DNA of 64,000 bases, from NCBI GenBank assembly GCA_013265495.1, contig MU058531.1, positions 2,356,911-2,420,910 on the forward strand, in the 5' to 3' direction. The stretch comes from Vicugna vicugna (Eukaryota). Positions within the stretch are counted from its first letter, which is position 1, and the number at the start of each line of letters is the position of its first letter. Below are positions 38,099 through 51,980 of the stretch, piece by piece. Below the pieces are notes generated by a model that did no database searches, was not told the origin of the DNA, and worked only from the letters and a program-made list of their open reading frames with translations. The translations under genes were made by a program, and so were the position numbers.

Positions 38099-39886
38099 TT
38101 TTAACATTTTTTATTGATTTATAATCATTTTACAATGTTGTGTCAAATTCCAGTGTTCAGCACAATTTTTCACTCATTCATGGACATATACACACTCATT
38201 GTCACATTTTTTTCTCTGTGATTTATCATAACATTTTGTGTATATTTCCCTGTGCTATACAGTGTAATCTTGTTTATCTATTCTACAATTTTGAAATCCC
38301 AGTCTATCCCTTCCCACCCTCTACCCCCCTGGTAACCACAAGTCTGTATTCTCTGTCCATGAGTCTTTAGATTCCACATATGAGCGATCTCATATGGTAT
38401 TTTTCTTTCTCTTTCTGGCTTACTTCACTTAGAATGACATTCTCTAGGAGCATCCATGTTGCTGCAAATGGCATTATGTTGTCGGTTTTTATGGCTGAGT
38501 AGTATTCCATTGTATAAATATACCACCTCTTCTTTATCCAGTCACCTGTTGATGGACATTTAGGCTGTTTCCATGTTTTGGCTATTGTAAATAGTGCTGC
38601 TATGAACATTGGGGTGCAGGTGTCATCCTGAAGTAGATTTCCTTCTGGATACAAGCCCAGGAGTGGGATTCCTGGGTCATATGGTAAGTCTATTCCTAGT
38701 CTTTTGAGGAATCTCCACACTGTTTTCCATAGTGGCTGCACCAAACTGCATTCCCACCAGCAGTGTAGGAGGGTTCCCCTTTCTCCACAGCCTCTCCAGC
38801 ATTTGTCATTTTTGGATTTTTGAATGACGGCCATTCTGACTGGTGTGAGGTGATACCTCATTGTAGTTTTGATTTGCATTTCTCTGATAATTAGTGATAT
38901 TGAACATTTTTTCATGTGCTTTTTGATCATTTGTATGTCTTCCTTGGAGAATTGCTTGTTTAGGTCTTCTGCCCATTTTTGGATTGGGTTGTTTATTTTT
39001 TTCTTATTGAGTCGTATGAGCTGCTTATATATTTTGGAGATCAAGCCTTTGTCGGTTTCACTTGCAAAAATTTTCTCCCATTCCGTAGGTTTTCTTCTTG
39101 TTTTATTTCTGGTTTCCTTTGCTCTGCAGAAGCTTGTAAGTTTCATTAGGTCCCATTTGTTTATTCTTGCTTTTATTTCTTCTAGGAGAAAATTTTTGAA
39201 ATGTATGTCAGATAATGTTTTGCCTATGTTTTCCTCTAGGAGGTTTATTGTATCTTGTCTTATGTTTAAGTCTTTAATCCATTTTGAGTTGATTTTTGTA
39301 TATGGTGTAAGGGTGTGTTCTAGCTTCATTGTTTTACATGCTGCTGTCCAGTTTTCCCAACACCATTTGCTGAAGAGACTGTCTTTATTCCATTGTATAT
39401 TCTTGCCTCCTTTGTCGAAGATGAGTTGACCAAAAGTTTGTGGGTTCATTTCTGGGCTCTCTATTCTGTTCCATTGGTCTATATGTCTGTTTTGGTACCA
39501 ATACCATGCTGTCTTGATGACTGTAGCTCTATAGTATTGTCTGAAGTCTGGGAGAGTTATTCCTCCAGCCTCTTTCTTTCTCTTCAGTAATGCTTTAGCA
39601 ATTCTAGGTCTTTGATGGTTCCATATAAATTTTATTATGATTTGTTCTAGTTCTGTGAAATATGTCCTGGGTAATTGGATAGGGATTGCATTAAATCTGT
39701 AGATTGCCTTGGGCAGTGTGACCATTTTAACAATATTGATTCTTCCAATCCAAGAGCATGGAATATCTTTCCATTTTTTAAAGTCTTCTTTAATTTCCTT
39801 CATCAATGGTTTATAGTTTTCTGTGTATAATTCTTTCACCTCCTTGGTTAGATTTATTCCCAGATATTTTATTACTTTGGGTGCTA
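38099..39886 (-). mobile_element. Very young 5'-truncated L1 (~1.8 kb)
   Basis: Perfect 18-bp TSD ttaatcctatttgaattt (38081-38098 / 39887-39904); uninterrupted ORF2 frame. Confidence 0.97.
38367..39839 (-). CDS. L1 ORF2p C-terminal fragment (post-RT region and CCHC knuckle); 5'-truncated, not a functional gene
   Basis: 490 aa: [17 protein letters not shown]...AGGITLPDF...[18 protein letters not shown]. The frame stays open upstream ([15 protein letters not shown]) to the truncation point. Confidence 0.9.
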   Translation of the reverse strand: MKELYTENYKPLMKEIKEDFKKWKDIPCSWIGRINIVKMVTLPKAIYRFNAIPIQLPRTYFTELEQIIIKFIWNHQRPRIAKALLKRKKEAGGITLPDFRQYYRATVIKTAWYWYQNRHIDQWNRIESPEMNPQTFGQLIFDKGGKNIQWNKDSLFSKWCWENWTAACKTMKLEHTLTPYTKINSKWIKDLNIRQDTINLLEENIGKTLSDIHFKNFLLEEIKARINKWDLMKLTSFCRAKETRNKTRRKPTEWEKIFASETDKGLISKIYKQLIRLNKKKINNPIQKWAEDLNKQFSKEDIQMIKKHMKKCSISLIIREMQIKTTMRYHLTPVRMAVIQKSKNDKCWRGCGERGTLLHCWWECSLVQPLWKTVWRFLKRLGIDLPYDPGIPLLGLYPEGNLLQDDTCTPMFIAALFTIAKTWKQPKCPSTGDWIKKRWYIYTMEYYSAIKTDNIMPFAATWMLLENVILSEVSQKEKEKYHMRSLICGI

Positions 39887-40049
39887 TTAATCCTATTTGA
39901 ATTTGACAAAAGAAAAATTAAAGTGAAACTGAGGGAACTGTTGAACTTCAACTAAATGTTTTTCAAGAAACATTAACTCTTTAAAGAAACTCCTAATATT
40001 AAAACAAGCATTAAGAGTTTTGAGTCATTATGGGTTTTTTTTTTTACTC

Positions 40050-41050
40050 ACTTCCACGTTGCACTTTTAAAGAACATCTTTGATGTATTACTAGGAGAAT
40101 TGAGGACACTAGTACACCAAAAACTCCTCTGTCTCCCCTTTCCTCTGCTGAATTTAGTTGGTTCATTTTATTTTTAGTGGTTAAGGTTTTTAATATTTAC
40201 ATGCTGTTTTGTAACCTTAGTTTTCACAGTTGGCTCATCTTTGTTCTGTATTTAAGTGAATTCAGTGCTCTGCATTGTTTAGTTCTTTAATTCTTCTCTG
40301 ATTTATGTGGATTTCATCATCAGGTAGCACCCCCCCCGCCCCCGTCCTCCTCTGCCAAGGAAATCTTATAGTAGCTGTAAACAACAAAACAACAAAAACA
40401 AAGATCTCATAAATGATTTGCTCTTCTTGCTTGTTTTTCTGAAGCATTATTTATCCTTAAAGTTCAGTTCTCAGTGTTGCTTGTGCTATATGATTTTTTC
40501 CTTTGCAACTGGTGTGTGCCTTTAATATGCCAATTTACTTTTTTCTTCATTTCAGGGAAATTTTCTTCTTTTAGAATTTCAAACAATACTTCTGGGTGTT
40601 CTGTTAGGTTTGCTACTTCAGGGACATCTGTTATCTTTAATTTGGACAGTTTTATCTGTCTTCCATTGCTATTATCTACTGTCTACTTTAATGTCTTTGA
40701 ATTATTACTTCTATTGATTAAGAAACAAAACTGAAGAGTATTTATTGCATTACTAACTCAATTTTCATCAAATGCCTATTATTTCCCCTGTAGTTTATAT
40801 TTACTTAATAGCTCTTCAGTAGTATTACTCTGGCTTTTCATTATTCCCTTAACCCCCAGCTCATTTTGATATTTTATTGTCCTGTTATTGAGCTCTTTTC
40901 CTCCTTTGTTGTAGCATATTGCATAGCTGCCACACTGCTTTTGAAAATCTTGCTCATACTTAATATGTGGAGCTATTTCCAGACCTTCCATTTGCTTGGA
41001 TATAGTTGGGTGAATTCTTCTTTCTGCTTCAGCCTGTTTTTCTTTTCTAG
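40050..41050 (-). mobile_element. HAL1 / ancient L1 ORF1-like relic
   Basis: ttcatttcagggaaattttcttct reads EENFPEM on the minus strand, an ORF1p-like motif; very T-rich plus strand. Confidence 0.5.
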
Positions 41051-41849
41051 GTTTTGTGCTTTATCTACTTTTTTTTTTACTTATAGGTTAACTTTATTTA
41101 TGTAAAGTTAAAAAAAAGCATATTATTTAAGTAAGTAATGTATTTTAATATCATTAAGTACTAATTTTTATCAATAATATAGATTTTCCCCAAGGACTCA
41201 TTGTACAAGCATTGCCCAAGAACACATTTATTTCTCACTAGAATTTGCAGTTTTATGAATACTCAGAGAGTTGACAAAAACAAAGTTTCCTATGTGCTTG
41301 CAAGAGGCAATGAATAAAAACAAGAAAAAAGGGAAATTATTGGTATTTAAAAGGATCAAAAAGTGAGATTTTCTTAATTACCAAACAGAACTTATATTCA
41401 ATAAATATGTAATGTTATTTGTGCTAACTTTAGTGTATTGGTGTATGCTATCTTTCCTTCAGTAATAGATTCTAAAAGGTCTTAAAATAATAATATAAAT
41501 TTTTCTTTAAAGATAATATATTATATAGTGTAACAAAAAGAAAAAAATTATTATATCTCATGAATATTTTTTGTATGAAAATAACAGCATAAGTTAAAAT
41601 GGCTCTTTACTCAATACTTCTTGTGTATTTTTAGCCACTGCATATTTACTTTTAACTAGCTTAAGGGTGTGAGGGGAAGGAGATGGACTTTTCAGCTCAG
41701 CTATGCCCAGGGCAGATCCATCCCTGGGAAAGCTTCTAGGTGTAGAATCAGACAGTCTCATCGGCAGTACCAAGCATGGGTAACCAGACCAGCAAACCCA
41801 TCAGATGTCACGAGAGTCCCTCACAGTTAAGGAATAATTGTATGGTTAA

Positions 41850-42095
41850 AAATACTTGATTGAGCATTTACTTTGTGCCAGAAAGAGTAAGAAAAAAATA
41901 GCTGCCTTTACTATGTATTTATGAGGCCATGCCTGTGCCAAGTGCATTATATATTATTTTATTTGCTCAGTACAACATTATGAAATATCTTTATCAGCCC
42001 CATTTTTTTGAATGAGGGAGCTAAGGCTTACAGAGAAGTTGTATGACTTGCCGAAAGTCACATAGCTAATATGAGAGAGTTGAATTCTGAAATCA
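41850..42095 (-). mobile_element. MIR
   Basis: ccccatttt...aaggcttacagagaagtt...gacttgccgaaagtcacatagcta. Confidence 0.7.
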
Positions 42096-42993
42096 TGCCT
42101 AAATCATAAATGCTTCATATGTAAAGATTTTTTTATCAGGACATTTGATGTAATGGGGAATACTTGAGAAACTTTAGTCCACTGTGGTTTGCATATCATC
42201 TATTAAAAGATTAGCAATCTTTCTTTTAAAAAATAATTCTGGTTTATAAATGAAATATAATCTAGACTTATTTCGGAAATAATCTGGGGGAAATAGGAAA
42301 TTGGATGAGGGAAGAGACGGAACAAGATTGGTCATGGGTTGATAACTGAACCTGGGTAACTTGAAGCATGGAGGCTCATTGTACAGACTGCCCAGTTAAT
42401 GGCTTTTCACCATAGTGGCTCTTGAACAGTTAAACCACTTTTGGAGCAATGACTTTCTTTCTTTTGTTATAATGACTTTTCATTCTAACACTAAATAAAT
42501 ATATCATAAGAAGTGCTATTTCAACATCACGGTTTTGGGCAAAACACACTCACCAATTTACTCAATAACATTTTCTAGTCAAAGAATATCATATGAAACA
42601 AACTTTAATTGCCTGCCACGTTTGGATGAACCCAAACCGTTTTGCTTTGCACACGTATGTCAAGAGAGAGAGATGGAGGTCGTGCCTCTTCAGTCTGTTT
42701 TGTACATGTGCTCTTTCCACATTTCACTTTTTTTCCTCCAAAGGGAGTTTTGTATGCCATGGCCTTATTTTTAAGTGCAGCTTGAGTTTAAGATGATCCC
42801 AAGGTTTGAAAATTTAGTGAAGAAAATGGTGCAGAAAGAAGACCATACCTTCCAAAGAAGGCTGCATCTCACCTCCCTCCTCCCCATTGTCCCCATCAAG
42901 TCTTTTCTTCCTCCTTGGGTGAGTACAATAAACTTTCATTAAGTTGCATTTTGTGTATAAAAGGTGTCTATTTACTTTCCAGTGGGTTATTAC

Positions 42994-43360
42994 TTATACA
43001 GGCTGAATTGTGTCCTTTCAAAATTCATCTGTTGTAGTTTTAGCCCTCAGTACCTTGGAATACGACTGAATTTGGAGATAAGGTCTGTAAGAGGTAATTA
43101 AGTTAAAATGAGGTCCTTGGATCCAGTAAGATCTTTGTTCTTATAAGAAGAGGAAATTTGGACACGGACACATACCGAGGGAAGACCATGTCAGAATATA
43201 GCAAGAAGGCAGCCCATCTACAAACCAAGGAGGGACGCCTTAGAAAACACCTCTGCCAACACCTTGACCTCAGACTTCAGAACTGTGAGGGAATAAATTT
43301 CTATTGTTTCGCCATCCAGTCTGTGATATTTCATTATGAAAAGCTTAGCAAACTAATACT
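42994..43360 (+). mobile_element. MLT1B-like MaLR solo LTR
   Basis: ggctgaattgtgtcc...tttggagataaggtc...ttataagaagagga...aataaatttctattgttt...gcaaactaata. Confidence 0.85.
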
Positions 43361-43829
43361 TACCTAAACCTGTTATTTTCCCCATTCATTTAGAGAAAGA
43401 AATAATTTCAGGAATGAATTAAACTAAGTTTAATTAGAGATAGGTATAATTTTCTCTCTCTTTTTGGATATGTTTGAAATTTTCTATAATAAAAACTTTA
43501 AAAAATATTAAAAATATTTCTGGCCAGCATGGTTTTAAGTAGAATGATATTTCCAATGACCTACCATGATATCATATGAATAAAAGCTATTCATAGACGT
43601 GGTATTTAAAATAAGTAACAGCTGGTCAGTGGGGAAGGTCTGTCCCTCTTCTGGGTGGGGGCCTGATACCAATGGTGTTGGATGCCTGTGAATGACAATC
43701 TGAGCTTTGAGCTTTGGCCATCTCCTACACCTGGATCGAGATGACTCCAAGATTAGAAGATCTGGTTGGTTCTACACCTCATGACCCATCTGCACAGGTC
43801 TATTTCCTACTCAGGGGCTTTGGCTTTCA

Positions 43830-44070
43830 AATAAGGCAACGTGGCAAAGTGGTTCAGAGCATTTTTCTAGGAGATGGACAGAGTTTGAATGCTGGCTCTA
43901 ATACTTACTATCTGGGTGATGGATCTTCGATAAAGCATTTTCTGTAAATCCCAGTTTCTTCATCTGTACAATGGGAGTAATGACACCTATTTTTTAGGGT
44001 TGTTGGAAGGAACAAATGAGATCATATCTGTAATGCATTTAGCACAATGGCTGGCTATTATTGTTATACT
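43830..44070 (+). mobile_element. MIR
   Basis: cagtttcttcatctgtacaatgggagtaatgacacct...gcatttagcacaatgg. Confidence 0.75.
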
Positions 44071-44679
44071 GTCTTAACAAGATGTGGCAATTCAAAATGA
44101 CTAAATCTTTGGCTTATGTCCATTTGACATGACCTAGGCTGAACTGTCCTTTCTGTCATTTTTCAGTAGGTTACCACTTCTCTTAAAGTGACTAAAGTCT
44201 GCAGGAATCTTTCCCTTTATTTCACAATTTTAAGCCTTTTGTGAACCTCAGGAAATGAACAGATTTCAGCATGCTTAGGGAAACATGAAGGTCAAATAGG
44301 AAGAAAATCTACCTATCTTAAAAACCTAACAGAAGTAAAAGATTCATTCAACTATTCAACAAATACTTATTGAGTGCACAATATTATTGGGTATATACCA
44401 AGCATTAGTCTGTATGCTGGGGATAAAACAGTAGACAAGACTGACAAAAATCCCAACCTGAGAATAGAAGTTCTATCATGTCGGGAGTTGATACTATGAA
44501 TCTGGTGGATGTTATTTATTGAGTCTACATAGTGGTTATGAAATACATGATAAGTTTCCTGCTGTTAACCAATGATCAAGAGTGTGGTTTCTAGGTATAA
44601 AGGTACATAAACCGTCTCTTTAACCAGTGATATGTATTATGCGTTAATAAAACTTTTTTTTTGAAAAGCAATTATGGGA

Positions 44680-44830
44680 ATTAGAAAGCCCCCAGTCCTA
44701 CGAGGTAGCCACTATCCTTATTTTCCACATGAGGAAACTGAGACTCAGTTAACTGTAATTTGTTCTAGGTCTCATAGCGGATAAGTGGCAGAGATAGATG
44801 CTGAATGGCAAAGTCTATTCTCTTTTGACT
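44680..44830 (-). mobile_element. MIR
   Basis: atgaggaaactgagactcag...taagtggcagag. Confidence 0.7.
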
Positions 44831-45094
44831 GTATTGGGTGTAAGCCGGCCAGGAAGCGTGGTGTTAACATTTTAAAAGAAGAACTTGTTTACTCATATTC
44901 ATCTTTAATTGGTGGAATGGGTTATTTATCACCCTATGTGTTCTCAGAGAAGAAGGAAAGATTAAATCAGTCTGAGACCCTCCCATATACTTTTCTGCAG
45001 CCTCTTTCCACTTCTTCTCGCTCTTTCTATTATATAGGGAGTGATTTCTGGGTACCTGTTTGAAGAAGGGAAAAGTCAAGTCTTGGATTACCAG

Positions 45095-46155
45095 TGTCTC
45101 AGTATTTCCGGTGAAAATTCATTGTTTTTGTCTGCCCAGCATCCATCCCTTATTTTTCTGGTGACGGTATCTACAGCAGTTAGAATTGTGTTTGGCTATA
45201 AGTAACTGGAAACACAACAATAGCTTAAACAAATTAAGATTTTTTGTGTCACGTAATAAGTTTGGAAGTTGACAGCCAGGGCTAGTGCATAGGCTCATTG
45301 GAGCTATCAGGTACCCATGAAATTTCTATTTTTCTGGTTTACCAGCCTTGGAGGCTGTTCTTATGCATCCTCATAATTGTTGCCTCACAGTCACAAAATG
45401 GCTGCTGTCTCCCTGGCACCACACCCATATTCTAAGTAGAAAGAAAGGTAAAGTGCAAAGGAGCAAAAGAGTCATACCAGATGTTTTTTTCCAGGAAAGC
45501 AAATCTTTCCAAAATACTCCACCCAGCATACTTCTGCTTATTTCTCATTGGTCAGAATTGGATCACATGGCCACTTCTAGACCAATAATAGGGCTAAAGG
45601 AATGAGATTTCTAATCCTAATTCATCCTGGAAGTCAGGATAAGAGCAAACTCTTCCTAAAATCAAAGGATCTCTGGTCTACCTGAATAATTAGAATTCTG
45701 TGTGGGCAATGGGGGAAATATATCCTGAGTGTCAATGGATGGCACTGCTATGGAACCTCCATTTCCTAAGGGGAATCTATTCTCCAATATTCAGCCCATG
45801 TGAACCAGATAGCGCATCCCCATTCACAAGTCACATGTAGGGAGGATGGACAGGATACCCCTAATTCCTGCAAGAACTTCTTTTGGAGCTTTGTGGAAGT
45901 GAAGCCTTGGCTGAGAATGCTGACTGCAAGGAAACCTAAGCCTTGATCTGCCAGGACCCTGACATGTGTGGGGCTTGTCTGAGATGCAGTTATCAGATGG
46001 AGAGAGGGCCTGATAATATGGCACCCTCATCCAGCTGAGTGTAAATCCAGAGATTGACTCCTGGACTTTTTTAGTTGCTTAAGCCTATGAATTCTCTCTC
46101 TGTGCCTAGTCCAGTTTAAGGTGGATGTGGCTTTTGCTGTCAAGAGTCTTAACAA
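45095..46155. mobile_element. Old ERVL/MaLR LTR fragments, including a minus-strand MLT1-like piece at ~45175-45620
   Basis: gtcacaaaatggctgctg...tctcattggtcagaattggatcacatggccac; later aagcc...tgaattctc...agtttaaggtgg. Confidence 0.45.
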
Positions 46156-46661
46156 ATGGCATATTCAGAAAGTCACTTCTCTCAGGAGGCTTAGACTCCA
46201 GATATTGTCAACTTCTCTGAAGAATCAGCCAGACAACCTGAGGGAGCCAGTGACAGTCCATGTGGCCATATGGCCAACATAGTAAATGACCTAACAAACT
46301 GTGTGCAGGTGTAAAAACAGTGTGTCATTTCCTGAAATTGCAACTGATGTGCATTAGTTTTTGTTAAGTTTGTAAAATTTCATTGTAATACTTTGTGCAT
46401 TCTAAATCTTGCCCATAATTGTGAAGCTTTCAATTACATAGGCTCAGATTGCATAGTTTTCTTTCTTTTCTTGGATTGTATCACTCATATAACTTGGGTT
46501 TCAGCTGTACTACCAAATGATAAATAAGAGAAAATTCCACTGAAAAAAGTGGAAATTAGGCTATATAGGTAAGAAGGGATATGACAAAGCAGCACTGACT
46601 TAAGCACAGAATCAGAAAATCAAACCAAAGAGATGGTGCAGCTTTTAAGAAATATCAAGTA

Positions 46662-46757
46662 GGGAGATGGGGAGTATAACTCGGTGGTAGAGTGTGTGCT
46701 TAGCATGCATGAGGTCCTGGGTTCAATCCCCAGTACCTCCACTAACAATAAAAAAGA
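46662..46757 (+). mobile_element. tRNA-Ala-derived SINE, short-tail form
   Basis: gtataactcggtggtagagtgtgtgcttagcatgcatgaggtcctgggttcaatccccagtacctcc; TSD aagaaatatcaa / aagacatatcaa. Confidence 0.88.
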
Positions 46758-47299
46758 AAGACATATCAAACTGAATAAGAACTCTCTTTCAAGCTATACC
46801 AAGTAAAAAGGAGAATGAAAGAGAATGTTATCACTAATAGATAATGTTTTAAAATTAATAAGATTAAAATTAATAATGAGAGAGAGCCTTTACATATTTT
46901 TGTTCATTCTAAAAACTTCTGTTATTCTGGGGGAAAAAAAAAAAAAACCTCTGTGATCAGAAAACCAGAAAAACTTGAAATGGAAAAGCTGGAAAGCAAC
47001 AAAGGTGGGGAAATGGTGGTTCGGAAAGCAGCAGCTCTCAGCTGCTGGAGTCATGGTCTACTTTGAGAATGTACTGAAAGCTAAGTACACTCATCAGAAA
47101 AATGCACTTATATTTCTCAAATTTTGCACAGAGTTTCAGAGACTCACAGACACCTTAAAAACCAATCCATGAACATTCTTATCCCTGACATAGAGATCCA
47201 TGGATCCTAGATTAAAACCCTCCTTCCCTTTTAGGTATGTTAATCTTTGTTCTAAAATTATTTTGAGCAAGAGAATGAAACTAACCAATTTGTAACATC

Positions 47300-47550
47300 T
47301 GGTTAATAATAATAGCTATCATTTAAAAAAAAACTTTTATAATATGAAAAGGCATTGGGCTTAATCGTCTTATATATGTCATCTCCTTGAATTCTTATAA
47401 CTCTTATAACAAACCAATAAAGTTGACACCTTAGTCGGTCCTTGCTTTACAGATAGGGAAACTGAGGCTGACTTAAAGAAATTAAATAACTTCATAAAGG
47501 TTGCAAGGCAGGGATTCAAACCCACGTTTATCTGATACTAAAGCTCACCA
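47300..47550 (-). mobile_element. MIR
   Basis: tttacagatagggaaactgaggct...gggattcaaaccca. Confidence 0.7.
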
Positions 47551-47739
47551 TCCTCTTCTACTTGTCATTTCCTGGTCTCCCTGCCCACAATTTTTGTCTT
47601 TGGTTAGGTGCCACATTTTCACTTTTTCAGTGCAATAATATTTGAGAAAAAAAATATTATTTGAGGATACTTACAGTATCACAAGAAACATTTCATCGCG
47701 TTCCTATTGATATCACTGAATCTGTTTCTTAAAAAACCC

Positions 47740-48010
47740 CTTCAGTCAGTCTCTGCCCAAACTTTACCCCCTCAGAGAAGCCTTCCCTCATTTAAAATAG
47801 CACCTCAGTACTTCATCATTCTCTATTTCCTTACCTGCCTTATTTTCCTTCATGGAAACTCTCATATCCTGACATGTTATTCCATAACTATTTATTATAT
47901 TATTGTCTGCCTCTCCCTCCATGAAAGCAAGGACTTTGTTTTATTCAGTGCTGCATCCCCAGCACCTAGCACACAGCCTAGAACTTGGGAGGCACTCGGT
48001 AAATACAAAC
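47740..48010 (+). mobile_element. L2 3' end
   Basis: ctccatgaaagcaaggactttg...ccccagcacctagcacacagccta. Confidence 0.75.
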
Positions 48011-48734
48011 TGATGAAGACAAGAGAGAATGAAAGAATACCCGGGAAGCAGAAGTACATATCCAGTCTTTGTTTCTGCTTCACATGACTCTTACTTCAAC
48101 AAGGTCAGAACTTCCAGACTAATGTTTCTCCCCCTAGGAGAGGGTCTCCCAAGAGAAGTTCTCAGGGAGCTGGGGGTGCCAAGCTGGGGGTGTTAGTACA
48201 GCCTCTTCCTTCTGACCTCTCCACAGCCTTGGCAGTGCACTTCTTTCTTCCTTTATTAAAGACTCCTCCCCAGCGGACCCTTTAAATACAACTGGGCTCA
48301 GGACTGACCTCCCAAAGCTCTCTTCAGTTTCTTAACTTAATGAGAATCTTTGCCTTTCCAACCAAGAACAATATCACTGAACTCCTGTTTCCTGACCTTT
48401 TAGAAAACCCAAAGATGTGGGACAAAAGTCTCATTATAGTTATCAGATTGATTCTTCTTTCCTATTGCTGCTGCTCCTCTGTATAATCTGTCTTCTTAGC
48501 ATGACCAGAGTTTTCTCTGTCTTGTGGGATTTGAAAATTGGTCATATTAGCTTTTTCCCCCAATATTTCTTTGGGCACTAAAGTTAAGATTGTTGGTCTT
48601 TCTTACTTTCTTTTTACAACATGGTCACCATGTGGATCTTTAAAAATCTTCAGTAGGAATTTAAAAGCATTCTAGAAGACCAAGTGCTATGTAATAATTG
48701 ACATTTTGTTTATCTAATGTTATTATTTTTTTAA

Positions 48735-51700
48735 AAAATATATATATTTTAGAGCAGTTTGAGGTTCACAGCAACATTGAGTAAAATGTATAGAGATTTC
48801 CCACATATTCCCGCCCCACAATAGGCACAACCTTCCCAGTAGCTCATTTCTTTTTAGTGATGAATACTGTTTCATTGTCTGCATGTACCATAGTTTATCC
48901 ACTCATCTAGGAAGGAATCTGGTTGCTTCCCAGTTTTGGCAATTATGAATAAAGCTGCTATAAACATTCAGGGGCAGAAATAAGTTTTTAACTTATTTGG
49001 ATAAATACCAAAGAGCACAATTGCTCGATCATATGGTAAGAATATATTTAGTTTCATAAGAAACTGCCAAGCTGTCCTCCAAAATGTCTGTGCCATTTTG
49101 CATTCCCACAAGCAATAAATGAGAGTTCTTGTTGCTTCACATCCTTACCAGCTTTTGATGTTAGAGTTTTGGATTTTGACTAAATAGGTGTGTAGTGGTA
49201 TCTCGTTTTAATTTGCAATTTCCAAATGACATATGGTTTTGAGCATCTCTTCATAAGCTTATTTGCCATCTGTGTATCTTCTTTAGCGAGTTGTCCAGAG
49301 CTTTTGCCCACTTTAAAATCAAGTTGTTCATTTTGTGTTGTTGCGTTTTAAGAGTTCTTTGTATATTTTGGATAACAGTTCTTTATCACATTATGTTTCT
49401 TGTTTCTTTGTTTGTTTTATAAATATCTTCTCCCTGTTTTGTGGCTGTCTTCTCATTCTCTTGACTTTCTCTTTCACAGAACAGAAGTTTTTAATTTTAA
49501 TGAAATCCAGCTTATAAATTCTCCCTTAATGGGTTATACCTTTAGTGTTGTATCTAAAAAATCATTGCCATACTCAAGGTCATCTAGGTTTTCTCTTATG
49601 TTATTTTCTAGGAGTTTTATAGTTTTATGTTTTACATTTAAATCCATGATCCATTTTGAGTTAATTTGAAGGATATAATTACTTGTGTCTAGATTCGTTA
49701 TTTTACATGTTGATATCCAGCTGTTCAGCACCATTGAAAATACTATCTTTGCTCCATTGTATTGTCTTGGCTCCTTTGTCAAAAATCAGTTGTATATTTG
49801 TGTGGGCCACTTATAGGCTGTCTATTTCTGCTCCATTGATCTATTTGTCTATTGTTTTTCCGGTACCACACTGTCTTGCTTTATAGTAAGACTTGGAGTT
49901 GGGTATTGTCAGTCTGCCAACTTTGTTCTTCTCCTTCAATATTGTGTTGACTGTTCTGGCTCTTTTGCCTCTGCATATAAACTTCAGAACCAGTTTGTCA
50001 GAATTCACAAAATAATGTGCTGGAATTTTGATGAGGAATGCCTGGAATCTACAGATCAAGTTGAGAAGAACTGACATCTTGACAATATTGGGTCTTCCTA
50101 ATCATGAATGAGCATGGACTATCCCTTCATTTATATAGTTCTTTGATTTCTTTCATCAGAGTTTTGTAGATTTCTTCATCTAGATCTTGTAAATATTTTG
50201 TTAGATTTATACCTAGATATTTCATTTTTTGTGTAATAATGTATGTAATGGTATTTAAAATTTCAAATCCCATTGTTCATTGCTGGTATATAGGAAAATG
50301 ATTGACTATTATATATTAAACTTGAATCCTGCAATCTTGCTATAATCACTTATTAACTGCAGGAGTATTTTGTCTATCCTTTCAGATTTTCTATGCAGAT
50401 GATCATGTCATCTATGAACAAAGACAGTTTTATTTCTTCCTTCTCAATCAGTATATCATTCATTTCCTTTTCTTGTTTTATTGCATTATCTAGGACTTCT
50501 GGTACAATGTTGAAAATGAGTGGTGAGAGGGTACATTCTTGCCTTGTTCCTGATTAGTGGGAGAGCTTCAAGTTTCTCACCATTAAATATGATTTTAACT
50601 GCAGGTTTTTTGTAGATATTCTTTATCAAGTTGAGGAAGTTATCCTCCTCCTAGTTTATCAAGAGTTTTTATTATGAATGGGTGCTGAATTTTGTCAAAT
50701 GCTTTTTCTGCATCTATTGATGTAATCATGTGATTTTTCCCTTTAACATATTGATATGATAGATTACATTAATTGATTTTTAAATGGTGCCTTGCATGTC
50801 TGGGATAAATCCCACTTGGTCAGTCATGATGTCAAATTCCTTAAATTGTTGAATTCAATTTGTTAATTTTTCTTGAGGATTTTTGCATCTATATTCATGA
50901 CAAATATTGGTCTGTAGTTTTCTTGTAATATCTTGGTATTAAGATAATTTTTTCCTCTTAGAATGAGTTTGGAAGCATTGCCTCTGCTTCTATTCTCTGA
51001 AACAGGATACCCTTTGAAAGTGAATAGAGAATTGGTATAATTTCTTCTTTAAATGTTTGGTAAAATCCACCAGTGGACCCATATGGGCCTGGTGCTGTCT
51101 GTTTTAGAAGGTTATTAATTATTGATTCAATTTCATTAATAGATATAGGCCTATTCAGATTGTCTATTTCCTCTTGTGTGAATTTTGGAAGATTGTATCT
51201 TTCAAAGAATTGGTTCATTTTCATCTACGTTATCAGATTTGTGGGCATACAGTTGTTCATAATATTCCTTTATCATCCTCTTAAAGTCCATGAGATCTGT
51301 AGTGATATGTGCTATTTCATTTCTAATATTAGTAATTTGTGACCTCTCTTTTATTCTTAGCCTAGCTAAAGGCTTATGGATTTTATTGATCTTTTCTAAT
51401 AACCAGCTTTTGGGCTCATTGATTTTCTCTATTGATTCCCTGTTTTCAAATTCAACTGACTTCTTTTCTAATTCTTATTACTTATTTTCTTCTGGTTAAT
51501 TTGGATTTAATTTGCTCTTTTTTTTTTCCAGTTTCATTAAGTGGAAGCTTAGATTACTGGTTTTAAAAAATTCTTCTCTTCTAATATGTGTATTCAATGC
51601 TATAAATTTCCCACTAAGCACAGTTTTCACTGCATCCACAAATTTTTATAAGTTGTATTTTCATTTTCATTCAGTTCAAAAATTATTTTAATTTCTCTTG

Positions 51701-51980
51701 AGATTTCTTCTTTGACTCATGTGTTATATAGAATTGCCTGGGTTAGTCTGCAGATATTTTGGGGTTTTCCAGTTATCTTTCTGTTATTGATTTCTAGTTT
51801 AATTCCATTGTGGTCTAAGTGGAGACATTGTATAATTTCTCTTCTTTTAAATTTGTTAAAGTATGCTTTATAGCCCAGAATGTGGCCTATCTTGGTGAAT
51901 GTTCCATGTGAACTTGAGAAGAATGTATGTTCTGCTGTTGTTGGGTGAAGTAGTCTATAGATCTCAGTTGATTGATGGTG
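48735..51980 (-). mobile_element. Old L1 (L1MC-like), ~3.2 kb, decayed ORF2
   Basis: ORF fragments MNQFFERYNLPKFTQEEIDNLNRPISINEIESIINNL...APGPYG and ILKEKNKVGRLTIPN; many frameshifts. Confidence 0.9.

Noticed and set aside
38869..39590. Plus-strand ORFs of 186 and 65 aa (also 33711-34025 and 51073-51342)
   Set aside because: Antisense shadow frames of L1 ORF2.
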